Shown in pieces: positions 27,167-42,715 of a stretch of 64,000 nt of DNA. The position numbers were made by a program, and so were the translations under genes. How positions within the stretch are numbered: the stretch's first letter is position 1; every line of letters begins with the position of its first letter. The DNA comes from Eledone cirrhosa (Eukaryota), in NCBI GenBank assembly GCA_964016885.1, contig OZ024742.1:90210001-90274000 (forward strand), written 5' to 3'. The notes under the pieces are model-generated. The model did not search any database. It was given only the letters and a program-made list of their open reading frames with translations, and was not told where the DNA came from.

Positions 27167-28634
27167 ATATTTATTAAAATAACAGATTAAAGTTTAAGCA
27201 AAGAATCGCTGCTTTCACCCTTAACGGGATCTTCTGAAACTAACACAGTCAATCTGTAAACGCAGAACTGGATATTTCAAAAAACGTTGCAACCGGAGGA
27301 AGACAGGAAGACGATACTTTGGTTCGTGGTAACGTTCGCTGGCAAAGAACGGGAAAAAACGAATAATACGTCATTAATAGGAGCGGTGAAAAACAATTAC
27401 ACGCAAAGACAGAACCACGTTTATGGTATAAAAGAGGTCGTAGACTAATGTTCTCTTAGGTGGTGCATAGAGACGTTCTCTGGCAATGAACGAAAAAACG
27501 AAGATAATACGTCATGTGTGGAGCGTGGAGAACAATAGCACGCAAAGACAAAACCACGTAAATGGTATAGCAGAAGTCGTAGACTAAAATTCTAACTAGG
27601 AGACCAAATGAATCTCCGCTACAGAGTTAAGAACAAGTAAATAAATACAATACAGAAGTAATAGAAATAAATAAATTCATACACGCAAACAAATACGTAC
27701 ATACACAAGCATACGCAAAACATTACCATAGGTATACAAAACCACGCTCATATAAAAATGTGTGTGTGTGTATGCGTGTATACAAATAAATAAATAATTA
27801 TATAAACGTATATAAATAAATAAATACGTATATAACAAGTGCACACACACGGGAGTTTTGCGTCTGTGTGAGTATGCGGGTTCGTACGTATGGTGGGTGT
27901 GTGTATTGTGTACTTCTTGTTTTAGTTGACCTACGTCTCCGAACATTCGTATATTTATATGTAGGTATGTGTGTGCGCTTGTTATATACGTATTTATTTA
28001 TTTATATACGTTTATATAATTATTTATTTATTTGTATACACGCATACACACACACACATATTTATATGTGCGTGGTTTTGTATACCTATGGTAATGTTTT
28101 GCGTATGCTTGTGTATGTACGAATTTGTTTGCGTGTATGTATTTCTATTACTTCTGTATTGTATTTATTTACTTGTTCCTAACTCTGTAGCGGAGATTCA
28201 TTTGGTCTCATAGTTAGAATTTTAGTCTACGACTTCTGCTATACCATTTACGTGGTTTTGTCTTTGCGTGCTATTGTTCTCCACGTTCCACATATGACGT
28301 ATTATCTTCGTTTTTTCGTTCATTGCCAGAGAACGTCTCTATGCACCACCTAAGAGAACATTAGTCTACGACCTCTTTTATACCATAAACGTGGTTCTTT
28401 CTTTGCGTGTAATAGTTTTTCAGCGCTCCTATTAATGACGTATTATTCGATTTTTCCCGTTCTTTGCCAGAGAACGTTTCCACGAACCAAAGTATCGTTT
28501 TCCTGTCTTCCTCCGGTTGCAACGTTTTTTGAAATATCCAGTTCTGCCTTTACAGATTGACTTTGTTAGTTTCAGAACATCCCGTTAAGGGTGAAAGCAG
28601 CGATTCTTTGCTTAAACTTTAATCTGTTATTTTA

Positions 28635-28642
<8 letters not shown>
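27167..28642. repeat. Long inverted repeat, arms ~27167-27849 and ~27968-28642, pLTR-like
   Basis: Arms match along ~680 bp with scattered substitutions; hammerhead-like remnant CAGAAGA-TCCC-GTTAA-GGGT-GAAA near the outer ends; right end abuts (TA)n. Confidence 0.93.
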
Positions 28643-28693
<51 letters not shown>

Positions 28694-28694
<1 letters not shown>

Positions 28695-29584
28695 TAGCAA
28701 ATGACCCCGTCCATTGGATGGTTTCAGTTCTTGGTAGGGCTGCAATGTTAATGGTCAATTTCCGTGTTGTATGTTTAACTTGGAGGATAATTTTACCTGA
28801 TCAACTCTTTCAATAAAAGAAAATGAGACGGTATTCAAAATGAGCAAGTTTTATTTACAGATATGTGTCATTAAAATGTGAACATAGAGAAATGTATCGT
28901 TAGCCGTGTCGGTTGAACAATGTGTATTTTAAAACATCCATCATGTACACACACACACAAACACATACACACACAAACATACACACACATACACACAAAC
29001 ACACACACATACACACACACACATACGCACACAATCCCAAGACGTGACGTTGTGGAAGGGGGAGAGTTAAGAAGTGTAATAAATAAGTTAAAATTATAAA
29101 CGCTGTATTTATCATATTCGCGTCACACAAACTCCTCTCTTTCTTTATTTTACTCTCTCTCTCTCACTCCTCTCTTTCTATCTCCCTCTCACACATCCTT
29201 CTCTCTGTGGCCGTTATGGAAATTACACACACACACAGACATGCACGCACACATACACACACAAACACATACACACACATATACACACGCACATACACAT
29301 ACAATCCCATAACGTTGTGTTGTGGAAGGGGGAGAGTTAAGAAGTGTGTAAAAGGAACGCTCTCTCTCTTTATGGCCGTCATGGAATTTGTTAGTGCAAA
29401 AGTCTATAAGATTATAAAATCGAAGTTTGTGACTTCGAAATTAATCATTATGAAATAATTTTTTCTTGATGTTACAAACGGCAGCCTATTTTGGCTATGT
29501 GTTTAATTTGACAGAGATGGATGGAATATTTTCCAAGTGAAACTCTTTTACACACACACACAGAACGGGAATTATATATATAGA
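28694..29584 (-). mobile_element. Non-autonomous Helitron
   Basis: Minus strand 5' TCTATATATATAATTCCCG, 3' hairpin ccatccaatggacgg then CTAG, between A and T; internal direct repeat at 29031 and 29301. Confidence 0.8.
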
Positions 29585-29841
29585 TATATATATACAAAAG
29601 TACAGCATATTCGACGTTCGAGTAGCAGCTAAGCCAACGAATGCTTTCACCAGTGCAGTCAAGTACTCGGCGAGGTATAGATCTCAGAGTAATGACATAC
29701 AGTTTAAAGGGCTATGCAAATAGAAAATAGCGACCGCTAATTCAGCTGCGTGATATGTAGCAACGAAAGAACTAACTAGTGAGAAAAAAATGCACACACA
29801 CACACATCCATACACACACATATATGCATACATACATATGT

Positions 29842-29906
<65 letters not shown>

Positions 29907-29918
29907 TGTATGTATATG

Positions 29919-29956
<38 letters not shown>

Positions 29957-29962
29957 TGTATG

Positions 29963-29994
<32 letters not shown>

Positions 29995-30000
29995 TGTATG

Positions 30001-30109
<109 letters not shown>

Positions 30110-30633
30110 ATATATATATAGAGAGAGAAAATTGAGGTTGGTAATGGCACATGGAATATATAAGAGACAGAATACTTTTTTGTGAAAAAACATATAATTT
30201 TATAAGGTAAGGAAATAATATAGGGTATAAAAAATGACCGGTTTCGATGGGTCTGCAAAAGCCATCTTTTCAAATGTTGATTAATATTAAGAAAATTAAT
30301 AATAAGAAGAGTTAAAATTTGAGATTTGAAAATTCAAGTATAAAATTCAGTGTGGGATTTCATATAGTTTTCATCTTGGTAGCAGCAAGTTGACTGCTGT
30401 GTGCCTTTCTGGTAGTGAATGAGGAGTTATTTGGGGGGAGTGGGTTATTTTATAAAGGTCAGATTTAGCAATGGCCAGATGGCCAGCTGCTGGTCAGTGA
30501 GGGGGTGGAGGCAATATACATACATATATCTCCCTGTGGTCGGTAGGAGAGGGGAGTGTGATAGAAAGGGATTTAGTGCACTTACACCTATATATACACA
30601 CATACCCTCATCCACACACACATACATATACAT

Positions 30634-30704
<71 letters not shown>

Positions 30705-30742
30705 TATACATATACACACATACATACACATACATATACATA

Positions 30743-30786
<44 letters not shown>

Positions 30787-30850
30787 CACATACACACACA
30801 TATATATATAAACACACACACATATATATACATACACATACATCCAGATA

Positions 30851-30901
<51 letters not shown>

Positions 30902-32711
30902 GTACATACACATATATACACACATATATATACACATATATATATATACACACACACACACATACATACACACACACACATATATACATACATACACACA
31001 TACAAACACACACACATATATACACATACACACACATATATATACACATACGCATACATCCAGATACACACATACATACACACACACACAATACATACAC
31101 ATACATACATCCACATGCACACACACATACACACACACACACATACACATACATACACCCACAAAGTAGCACCCACATATGCCAACCTAGTCATGGGATT
31201 CCATGAACAACAAATATACAGTCAGTCCCTTCTCTTATTTGGAGACTCTTTCCACACACACCTCAAAGCCAATTGGAAAAGATATCTAGACGACTGCTTT
31301 ATCCCATGGCAAGAAGACATGAACTCACTTACTATGTTTAAAAACACGATAAACAACATAGATAATAACATACAATTCACAATGGAATCCAATCCTAAGG
31401 AATTAGCCTTCTTGGATATTCTCATCTCTGTAATTGAGGGGAAATTAGATATAGATATATTCTATAAACCCACAGATTCCAAGCAATACCTCTTTTTCAC
31501 ATCAAGTCACCCAAAACATACAAAACTTAACATTCCTTACAATTTGGCCAAACGTATATGTACCATAGTATCAGATCCACCTAAACGGGAGCAAAGACTA
31601 AAGGAACTAAATGACACCCTTATCTTAAGAGCCTTTCCACTTGAAATAATCAACAATGGAATAGACAGGGCAAAACACCTAAATCCCCATCAACTTAACA
31701 ATCCAAAACAGAAAACCACACTCAACACCCTGCCATATGTATCCACTTTCAACCCCAGAAATACCGAAATGTTTGATCACCTACACAAAAACCTCCCCAT
31801 CCTACTTAAAGATGTAAAAATGAAGTCTATTCTTGAAACACACAAGATCCTTAAAAGTAAAAGACAACCCAAATCACTAAAACGCATTCTCACTGGACCA
31901 AATATACCCAAACCAATCCTCAACCCTACAGTTACCAAATGTGGTAGAACAAACTGTGGAACGTGCCTCTACCTCACTGAAGGACAAAAATTTACATTTA
32001 AAGATGGCCAAACATTTACAGTAAAAAACAATTTCACCTGCAACTCGGAGAACTTGATTTACGCAATAACTTGCGGTGGGTGCAAACACAACTACATACG
32101 CAAAAAATGACCATCCACCGCCAACAAATCTGGGACGCTAACACAAGAAAAATCCCCTAGAGCAGCTATATTGTGAACTGCGCAGGAATGACACTACCCA
32201 ACTTTAAAATCTTCCCCTTCTACAAGTGCTCAGATTCGTTCACACAGCAACAAAGAATAAACAAAGAAAATCTATTCCTTAACAAATTTAAACCAAAACT
32301 AAACGGGTTATCACCCCAATAGAATTGTCATAAAATATAAACACACATACGCACGGAGTGACAGATATATGTGTGTGTATGTGTGCATGTATATAATTAT
32401 CACTACTATTAAAGACCAGAGACCAATTCTGTAGAATCAGGTTTATTCGTTGACAGACCATGCCTTTGTGTGACCAACACATCCATGTTAAACCCTGCAC
32501 GTGCACACACATATCTCTATATATATATGCGCACACAGAATTCACCACTGTCGGTTGCGGGGCCCAATCTACATGAAGAACTCAATGTGATCAGAATGAC
32601 TTGTATTTTAATTTCACTGTCCTAACTTCTTATATTATGGAAAAAATATATGTGCATGTATGTATATATATATATATATTTGGAGGCCATTTCTCTATGT
32701 GTGTTGGTGTA

Positions 32712-32768
<57 letters not shown>

Positions 32769-33280
32769 ATGTGGATGTATGTATGTGGATGTATGTATGT
32801 GGATGTATGTATGTGTATGTATTGTGTGTGTGTGTATGTATGTGTGTATCTGGATGTATGCGTATGTGTATATATATGTGTGTGTGTGTATATATATGTG
32901 TGTGTATGTGTATATATGTGTGTGTGTTTGTATGTGTGTATGTATGTATATATGTGTGTGTGTGTATGTATGTGTGTGTGTGTATATATATATGTGTATA
33001 TATATGTGTCTATATATGTGTATGTACATATATATATATATATGTGCGTGTGTGTGTGTGTGTATGTATGTGTGTATCTGGATGTATGTGTATGTATATA
33101 CATGTGTGTGTGTTTATATATATATGTGTGCGTATGTGTATATATGTGGGTGTGTGTGTATGTGTGTATGTATATGTATGTGTGTGTGAATGTATGTGTG
33201 TATATGTATATATATGTATAAATATATATATATATATATATATATAGTTAAAAGAATAGAGGTGTAACACAAGTTATTAT

Positions 33281-33776
<496 letters not shown>

Positions 33777-34124
33777 GTATGTGTGTGTGGATGAGGGTAT
33801 GTGTGTATATATAGGTGTAAGTGCACTAAATCCCTTTCTATCACTCTCCCCTCTCCTACCGACCACAGGGAGATATATGTATGTATATTGCTTCCACCCC
33901 CTCACTGACCAGCAGCTGGCCATCTGGCCATTGCTAAATCTGACCTTTATAAAATAACCCACTCCCCCAAATAACTCCTCATTCACTACCAGAAAGGCAC
34001 ATAGCAGTCAACTTGCTGCTACCAAGATGAAAACTACTATGAAATCCCACACTGAATTTTATACTTGAATTTTCAAATCTCAAATTTTAACTCTTCTTAT
34101 TATTAATTTTCTTAATATTAATCA

Positions 34125-34170
34125 ACATTTGAAAAGATGGCTTTTGCAGACCCATCGAAACCGGTCATTT
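34125..34170 (+). ncRNA. Minimal hammerhead variant (U3-A8 core) in pLTR; inverted copy at ~30232-30277 (-)
   Basis: TTGAAAA-GATGG-(11 nt)-CCATC-GAAA-CCGG-TC; palindromic stem III, GUC triplet, weak stem I. Confidence 0.6.
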
Positions 34171-34314
34171 TTTATACCCTATATTATTTCCTTACCTTAT
34201 AAAATTATATGTTTTTTCACAAAAAAGTATTCTGTCTCTTATATATTCCATGTGCCATTACCAACCTCAATTTTCTATATAACCTTCATTTTGTGTAGAA
34301 ACTTACACATTTCA

Positions 34315-35160
<846 letters not shown>

Positions 35161-35650
35161 CATATATACACATACATACGTACATGCACATATCTGTATA
35201 TATAACTTACCTGGACCGGAAACTTCGAAATTATTGAATATCTAAGTGAGGTTACTCTAAATCCGAAATCAACAAAATCCGCTTGTGGTGTATAGAAGTT
35301 AGTTGTCTGGAAGATCGAACAGAGGATTTACTTTCTCAACAGGCTTTCGTTCTAACCCAAATCCCAGTGTGATAGCACATGTTACTACAAAGGGAGGTAA
35401 CCCCGGTTTATGGGGGTCAAAATCAAATTATGATCAATTGAAAAATTCTATACACAAACTGAATTAAGCACTCAACCAGACCGTTATTAAACAAACTTAA
35501 ATAATTAACCAATCAATGGAATTGTCAAATTAAATTAATCAATTAATCACTAGGTCTAGGAGATAGTATTACAAAAGTACATATCTGTATATATAACATA
35601 CATGGACCGATATTCGAAATTATTGAATATGTAAGTATATATATATATAT

Positions 35651-37135
35651 ATAAATGGAAAAAATGAAACGAAATTTCATTTCTACATCTTAGTACGGCT
35701 GTTACTTAAATATAAGTATGTACACGTACATATATATATGTATACAGACGTACAGTAGTATGTATATATATATACATACATGCACACATATATATATGTA
35801 CGTATGGATTCACCGAACATTTATTATAATGCTCGGTGTGTTTGTAAACAAACATCCCGTATTAAGCCGTAGTGTCTAGCAACCATCGTTGCTCGTTTGT
35901 TCAACACTGACAAAGGAACGCTGTACTAGTTTCAAGCTTATTGGATATTGTCAACAACGTATACCTTTCTGCCAGATTGTTGAACGTATATACTTACCTT
36001 ATTCATATTAACGGCTGAGTAGCCCAATTTGCATATCGAGGGGCTTAATCGGCCGGGTGCACCGAAAACGACAAACGGAAAAAATGAAACGAAATTTCAT
36101 TTCCACATCTTAGTACGGCTGTTATTTAAATATAGGTATGTACACGTACATACATATATGTATACAGACGTACAGTAGTATGTTATATATATACATACAT
36201 GCACACATATATATATATATATGTATTTATGGATTCACCGAACATTTATTATAATGCTCGGTGTGTTTGTAAACAAACATCTCGTATTAAGCCGTAGTGT
36301 CTAGCAACCATCGTTGCTCGTTTGTTCAACACTGACAAAGGAACGCTGTACTAGTTTCAAGCTTATTAGCTATCGTCAGAAACGTATACCTTCCTGCCAG
36401 ATTGTTGAACGTATATATTTACCTTATGCATATTAACGGCTGAGTAGCCCAATTTGCATATCGAGTGGTTTAATCGGCCGAAAACGATAAACGAAATAAA
36501 TGAAACGAAATTTCATATCCCACTCTTAGTACGGCTGTTACTTAAATATAAGTATCTTCACGTACATACATATATGTATACAGACGTATAGTAGTATGTA
36601 TATATATATACATACATGCACACATATATATATGTACGTATGGGTTCACCGAACATTTATTATAATGCTCGGTGTGTTTGTAAACAAACATCCCGTATTA
36701 AGCCGTAGTGTCTAGCAACCATCGTTGCTCATTTGTTCAACACTGACAAAGGAACGCTGTACTAGTTTCAAGCTTATTAGCTATCGTCAGCCACGTATAC
36801 CTTCCTGCCAGATTGTTGAACGTATATACTTATCCTATGCATATTAACGGCTGAGTAGCCAAATTTGCATATCGAGTGGCTTAATCGGCCGGGTGCACCG
36901 AAAACGATAAACGGTAAAAATGAAACGAAATTTCATTTCCCACTCTTAGTACGGCTGTTACTTAAATATAAGTATGTACACGTACATACATATATGTATA
37001 CAGACGTACAGTAGTATGTATATATACATACATACATGCACACATATATATATGTACGTATGGATTCACCGAACATTTATTATAATGCTCGGTGTGTTTG
37101 TAAACAAACATCCCGTATTAAGCCGTAGTGTCTAG
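35651..37135 (-). mobile_element. Retrozyme-like tandem array, family B: ~3.5 units of ~420 bp, one hammerhead per unit
   Basis: atgaaacgaaatttcat at 35664, 36084, 36500, 36920; minus-strand consensus ACGTTG-CTGACGA-T-AGC-TAATAA-GCT-T-GAAA-CTAG-TA-CAGCGT at 35918-35960, 36343-36385, 36754-36796; no ORF; many local hairpins. Confidence 0.85.
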
Positions 37136-38749
37136 ATCCCAAATTGATGTCAAATTGATGTCATCCTCGCGGCCCGTAAAACCATAGTTGCATGTGAAGA
37201 TCAATTATGGATCCGCAAGGATTCACCTAACAACTTCGACATAACTATGGGAACTAGTGACTCGGCGCAGATCACAGATTTGTTAGGCCTGAAATGAAAA
37301 TCATAAAAATTTACCCTACCTCAATGGTGGTTTACATCGTGACGATGCACTACTACTTAATGACTATAAAAAATTAATACAGAAAGAACTAGGAAACAAT
37401 TGCATAAAATGTTTAAAAACTTCAACTTAAGTGTTACCTTAGATAGAAACACTAAAAACATTAACTTCCTTGATGCTACCCTTTGCTTGGACTCTAAAAT
37501 GTATAAACCCTTTCATAAACCAAACGAAAAACTACTTTATACAGATACCAACTCTAACCACCCTAAATCTATATTAAACTCAATTACTAAAGGAGTATCT
37601 AATAAAATTGCCACACTATCTTATAATGAAACTATATTTAACAGAAATTCCCAATAATATAATGAAAGTTTAGATCGCTCAGGCCATAAAAATAAAATTA
37701 GATTTTCACCTAAAAAATCACCTAGTTACAACATTATTTCTCACAATATGGCCATGAATAAAGGTAATAAATGTACTGACCACTCTAACTCTAGTATGAA
37801 GAGTAATAACAAAGTTAACCCTCGCTAGAATAAACACCCCAATAATAATAATATAAACAGAAATACAAACAATACTTCAAATAACATTACAAAAAGTAAT
37901 TACAAAAATAGAACTAATACATTTTTCAATCCCCTTTCAATCTAAACGTTTCCACCAACTTGCCTAACGCTTTCTTCTCAATCTTGGAAAGAAACGTCTC
38001 AGTCGGCCATAAATACCATAATCTTATCAATAAAAATACCATCAAAATATCTTACTCTACCACACCTAACATCGCGAACCATATAGCTAGTAGTAATAAA
38101 AGGAAGATTAATAATTATTTCCAACTAATTAAATCGCAACAGGGAGTGAACTTACATAACAACATAGTACCAGAGAATTATAGTAGCAGTAATAATAATA
38201 GTAATAGCACTAATGAATTTAATAACAATGGGAATTATAATCATCATTACCCAAATGCTCTCCCTAACATCCATGCACCTACACAGCCTATTAACCAGCT
38301 AGTAAACAACCAAAATAACTGTAATTGTAGAACAAATAGAAACTGCCCCTTGGGAAAAAAATTGTTTAATCAAAGAGATCATTTACTCATGAAACAGTCG
38401 TTAAAAATAACACTTCGAAAACATATATCGGCTCTACTTCGATCTGCTTCAAGACGAGATATATGCGCATCTGCACACTTTCAAAAATCGCAATCTAGCC
38501 AACTCCACTTCTTTATCTAACTACATACACTCTCTCAAAACTAGGAATAGACCATATACACTTCAATGGGAAGTAATAGATAGGGCCAGCTCGTATAAAC
38601 CACCGAAATGATTATGTAACCTCTGTCTTCTAGAGACTCGCACAATATTCTATTCTAAGCTAAACCTTTTAAATAGAAAATCAGAAATGTTTTCCACGTG
38701 CCGACACTACCACCAACACTTTTTCCACAATTTCAAACCTAGCTGCTAA
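37136..38749 (+). mobile_element. 5'-truncated, degenerate Naiad-type Penelope-like element
   Basis: FDITMGTSDSAQITDLLG, GGLHRDDAL, NFLDATL, SNHPKSI, TIKISYSTTPN, CNCRTNRNCPLG, CNLCLLE, NRKSEMFSTCRH. Confidence 0.9.
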
Positions 38750-40199
38750 TATATAACAATGTCATATCTTGATTCCTCACCACCGTTAACACTTTACCTC
38801 TAGGTTTTATCAGCATATAATACCTCCATAGCATCACATTCGTGTATCAGCTCATCCCTCCACTTATCTCCTGTTTATCTCAGATCCTATTCTCAATAAT
38901 AATTATAGAGAATAAACATAAATTTACCACCACTTAATATAACTACAATACCTTCCTTACCAATATTTCATTCATTTAATTAGTATATGGGTAGGTAGTG
39001 GTAAATTGAGACCTTTGACATATTATATAGAAAACAGATTGTATATAAAATTAAATATTAAAATATTAAAATATAAAAATAAATAGCATTATATAAAAGG
39101 ATTCACTTATAATATAATATAGTGTATATTAACACATAGAATCTAACTATTTGGAGTCATAAACAACTAACACCAGATTATACATTTTTTTCTTATACAC
39201 AAATTAATCATCAATTACCTCCCCTTTCCCATTAGCTTCCCTTAGTGTAGATCTCTAATCACTTCCTGAAATTAAACCGTTAGACAGATCACTCCAGAAA
39301 AACTCTAATCTTTGATAAGATTGTAGTGAGACCAATACACAATCCATAGTTGTAGCTACTGAGAAATATTTCCCGAAATATAACCAACGTAATGGAAAGG
39401 AAAACCTTGGTATTAACACTCACAACACATATACATTTGAACATTACCAGAACAATTTTAACATTGCATCCACCATAAACTATCATAGAAACTGCTTTTC
39501 ATACCCAGGCATCTCTGTCTGCTTGACATGCGTTTACACCTGTATTGTATTATGTGATACCATTGCCATACTGTGATATATAAGCTTAGTACCATTGCTC
39601 GTTTTTCACCTTGTTACTCTGTACATGCATAATACCTCTGAACTCTTTCAATATGTTTGCCTATGTACCGCTAAAGTCCTCATTTTGCGAGTAACTTTCT
39701 TCTTTAATTCTTCTATAATTGTTGTATTATTCTTTTATAATCTTTGTCGCATCCAATGATACTGACCACATCACCTTCACTCTTTAAATATGACACCGTT
39801 AGTGACAACAGTAATATCTATGTGTGTGTACGATTGTTCTGTGGAATATGAGGTTAATTACATGTGTAAACTTTGCTAATGCTCCGAGGATTCCAAACGA
39901 AAGTTTGGAAGAAAAGATTGTCAGCAACAAAATGTTTTGAACATAGTTTTGATTATTCTGTAATTTATATTCCTGCTCTGTAAGACATCTGATGTATTTA
40001 TATTGAGCTATTTTTCATACTGGTATTAAGGTGGCATAAAAAGAATACTGACCTTTCCTGTTTATAATTATATATAGTGTATATATAAGTATAAATATTA
40101 TTATTATTATTGTTGTTTTTATCTTGTTTCATTATTGTTTCTGAGATATATGCTGAGTGTCTTTCTGACGCCTAGGGTAAACAAATACAGCAAATTGAT

Positions 40200-42715
40200 T
40201 ATAATTTTTTAAAAAATCAATATTCATATATACACATGTGCATATGCATATGTAAATGCAAGGAGGGATATCAATCATACAGAGATAGTGCTCTTCTAAA
40301 TACGTGTGCAGTACCAGTCAAAACAATTTTTTGCACCTTTTTTCAGTACGTCATCATCAGACAAAATATGTTTTGATACATGACATACCGCTAAGATATT
40401 GATTGTTCAATTCCAGTATTGGCAGTGATTTATTTCATCAAATCTCAATGTTTATATACCACAAATAATATGATAAACTTAAATAAGAAAAGGACGTAGA
40501 GAAAATTATAGATATGAGAGAGGGTGTAAAGAAGAGGAAAGGTAAGAAAAAAATAATAATAAATAAATACGTACATAAATAGATAAATGAATAAAAAATA
40601 AATGGATGAATGAATAAAAGAAATATATAAAAAAGAAAAGAGGAATAACGACAAAAGATGGAAGGTGTGGGGAAAGTAAAGGGAACAGAGGGGGGTAAAG
40701 AAAATAAAGAAAAATAAAGGAACATCAAAAAGAGCGGGATAGGGAAAGGAACCGTTGTTTTCAAATGATAGATCAAATAGGACATCCAATCAATTCACAT
40801 AATCAATTGAATATATTTTGTATTTGATTATGCTTTAGCTAATTATACTTATATATTAAACCAAAATTAATCAGTATAGATTACTTTCTATAGCAATCAC
40901 ATATATAGTTTAATTAAGAATTTATATAATTTAATTTAATTCATTATAGATTATTATTTTTAATTTTAAGGTAAGATATTCTATAAATATTTTGTTACAA
41001 ATTTAAAAGAATTAATCTTTAAAGCGTATTTAAATAATTATTAAATATTTATTAAAATCTAATACCATGCATATATCACCATCAATACATTTAATATATT
41101 TCGATCATCTATGACCCAAATTCTTTTATTCAATTATGATATTCTCTTTATAAAATCTTACTATTCTTTAATTTTCATTTAATTCCTATGATTAAACTGT
41201 AGTTACATTTAATCTCAAAAGTTGTTACATTTATTAATGATAGGTTATATTTACTACTATATTTACTTATTTTCATATATAGTTTCCTTTTAGTGAAAGT
41301 CTATATATTATTAATCTACATATTTCATATCTAATATAATTTAGGAAGCTAGTCAAAAAGAAAAAAAATATTTACGGACAATGTAAACAAAAGGAAGATA
41401 ACTCATTCACCATATGCAAACATTTATAACATATCTCTACTCTCACGTTCCGCGATATTTCGAAAACCGTAAATCATCTATTGTATATATCATACATAAT
41501 GTCTAGTTACATATTGAACTGACCTAATCAAAACATAGGATAACGAGACTCTTAATGAGATTATTCTAAAGATATAAATATCAATAAATTATTACCACAA
41601 TAAGGCAAAAACTTATATATATATATATAAAATTATTAATTGTCAATATTTTTCCGAAACTTGTACATTGACTGGAAAGTTTTACCAATTTTATGGTAAC
41701 AACTACTAAATAATTCACTTTTTTTTTTTGTTGATTAAATTGTCATAATTTGTAATTATCTGTAGAGTCTCAATGTTACAAAGATTGCAATTTTGAAAAA
41801 GAGTTGAGTTCCGATAGGGGGTAGCATTATTTAATTTTGTGCAAGAGATGGAGTATTTAATATTATTGTCCTTTAAAGGCCATATTAATTGTGAAAGTGA
41901 AGTTGAAAATTTCTTATCTGGTTTACTGAGAGATTGTCTATGATTATACCAACGTTCCTTAAATTTAGATGAAGTGGCACCAGTGTAGTTATATATATTA
42001 TTATTTGTTTTAATGGTACATTTATATACTATATTCCTGTCAAGGCAATTATTTTCTAAAGGACATTCGGACTTCTTTCTACAATTACATTTCTTCTCAA
42101 TATTATTTACATTATTATTTAAATGTGTTCTACTATTATTCATGTTTAAACTATTATTATTGTTATTCCCATTACTAATGTATTGTTATTATTATTTTAT
42201 TTATTGCTAATTAAACGTTGGTTCAAATTAAGATTTTTACTATTTATTTTTGCTATATTTTGAGCAATACTCATAGTTGTTGACTAAGAGTGTATAACTG
42301 TGTGTCTATTGAAGATAGATTAATATTTATGTGCCCTAGGGAAGCATTATCCAAAGCTTTAAAAAATAAATGTGCTACAGGTGTTTTAATAGCTAAAGAT
42401 GCTGGCGGAGCATACCAAATTATAGATCTAGTTCTTATATTTTCCCCGATTTATGCATCAAGTTGTTTTTATATTTATTTTTATTATGATTACTATGCTT
42501 ATAATTAATCTTATTTTCAGTATCTTTTTCTATATATAATCAATACTATTGTTATATCCAGCTTTATGTAACGCTTCATTATAATATACAGCCTTACTAT
42601 TAAATAGGGATCTATTAGCAGATAGCCTGGATATTCGTTGTTGTACACTGTTGACTATTGCATTCTTAACACTTTTAGGATTATTAGAATAAAAACTAAC
42701 ATAATTTAAGTTCAA
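40200..42715 (-). mobile_element. 5'-truncated Naiad-type element (ORF remnant 41660-42715) with AT-rich pLTR
   Basis: SNNPKSVKNAI..RISRLSAN...YYNEAL, CNCRKKSECPLENNCL..IVYKCTI..YTGAT..FKERWYNH, CNLCNIE; pLTR boundary approximate. Confidence 0.85.

Noticed and set aside
35651-37135. CRISPR array or simple satellite
   Set aside because: Eukaryotic context, no unique spacers; units are complex and carry hammerhead motifs.
40295-40365. Hammerhead in the pLTR of the minus-strand Naiad (CTGATGA present)
   Set aside because: No recognisable GAAA box at the expected position; too decayed to call.
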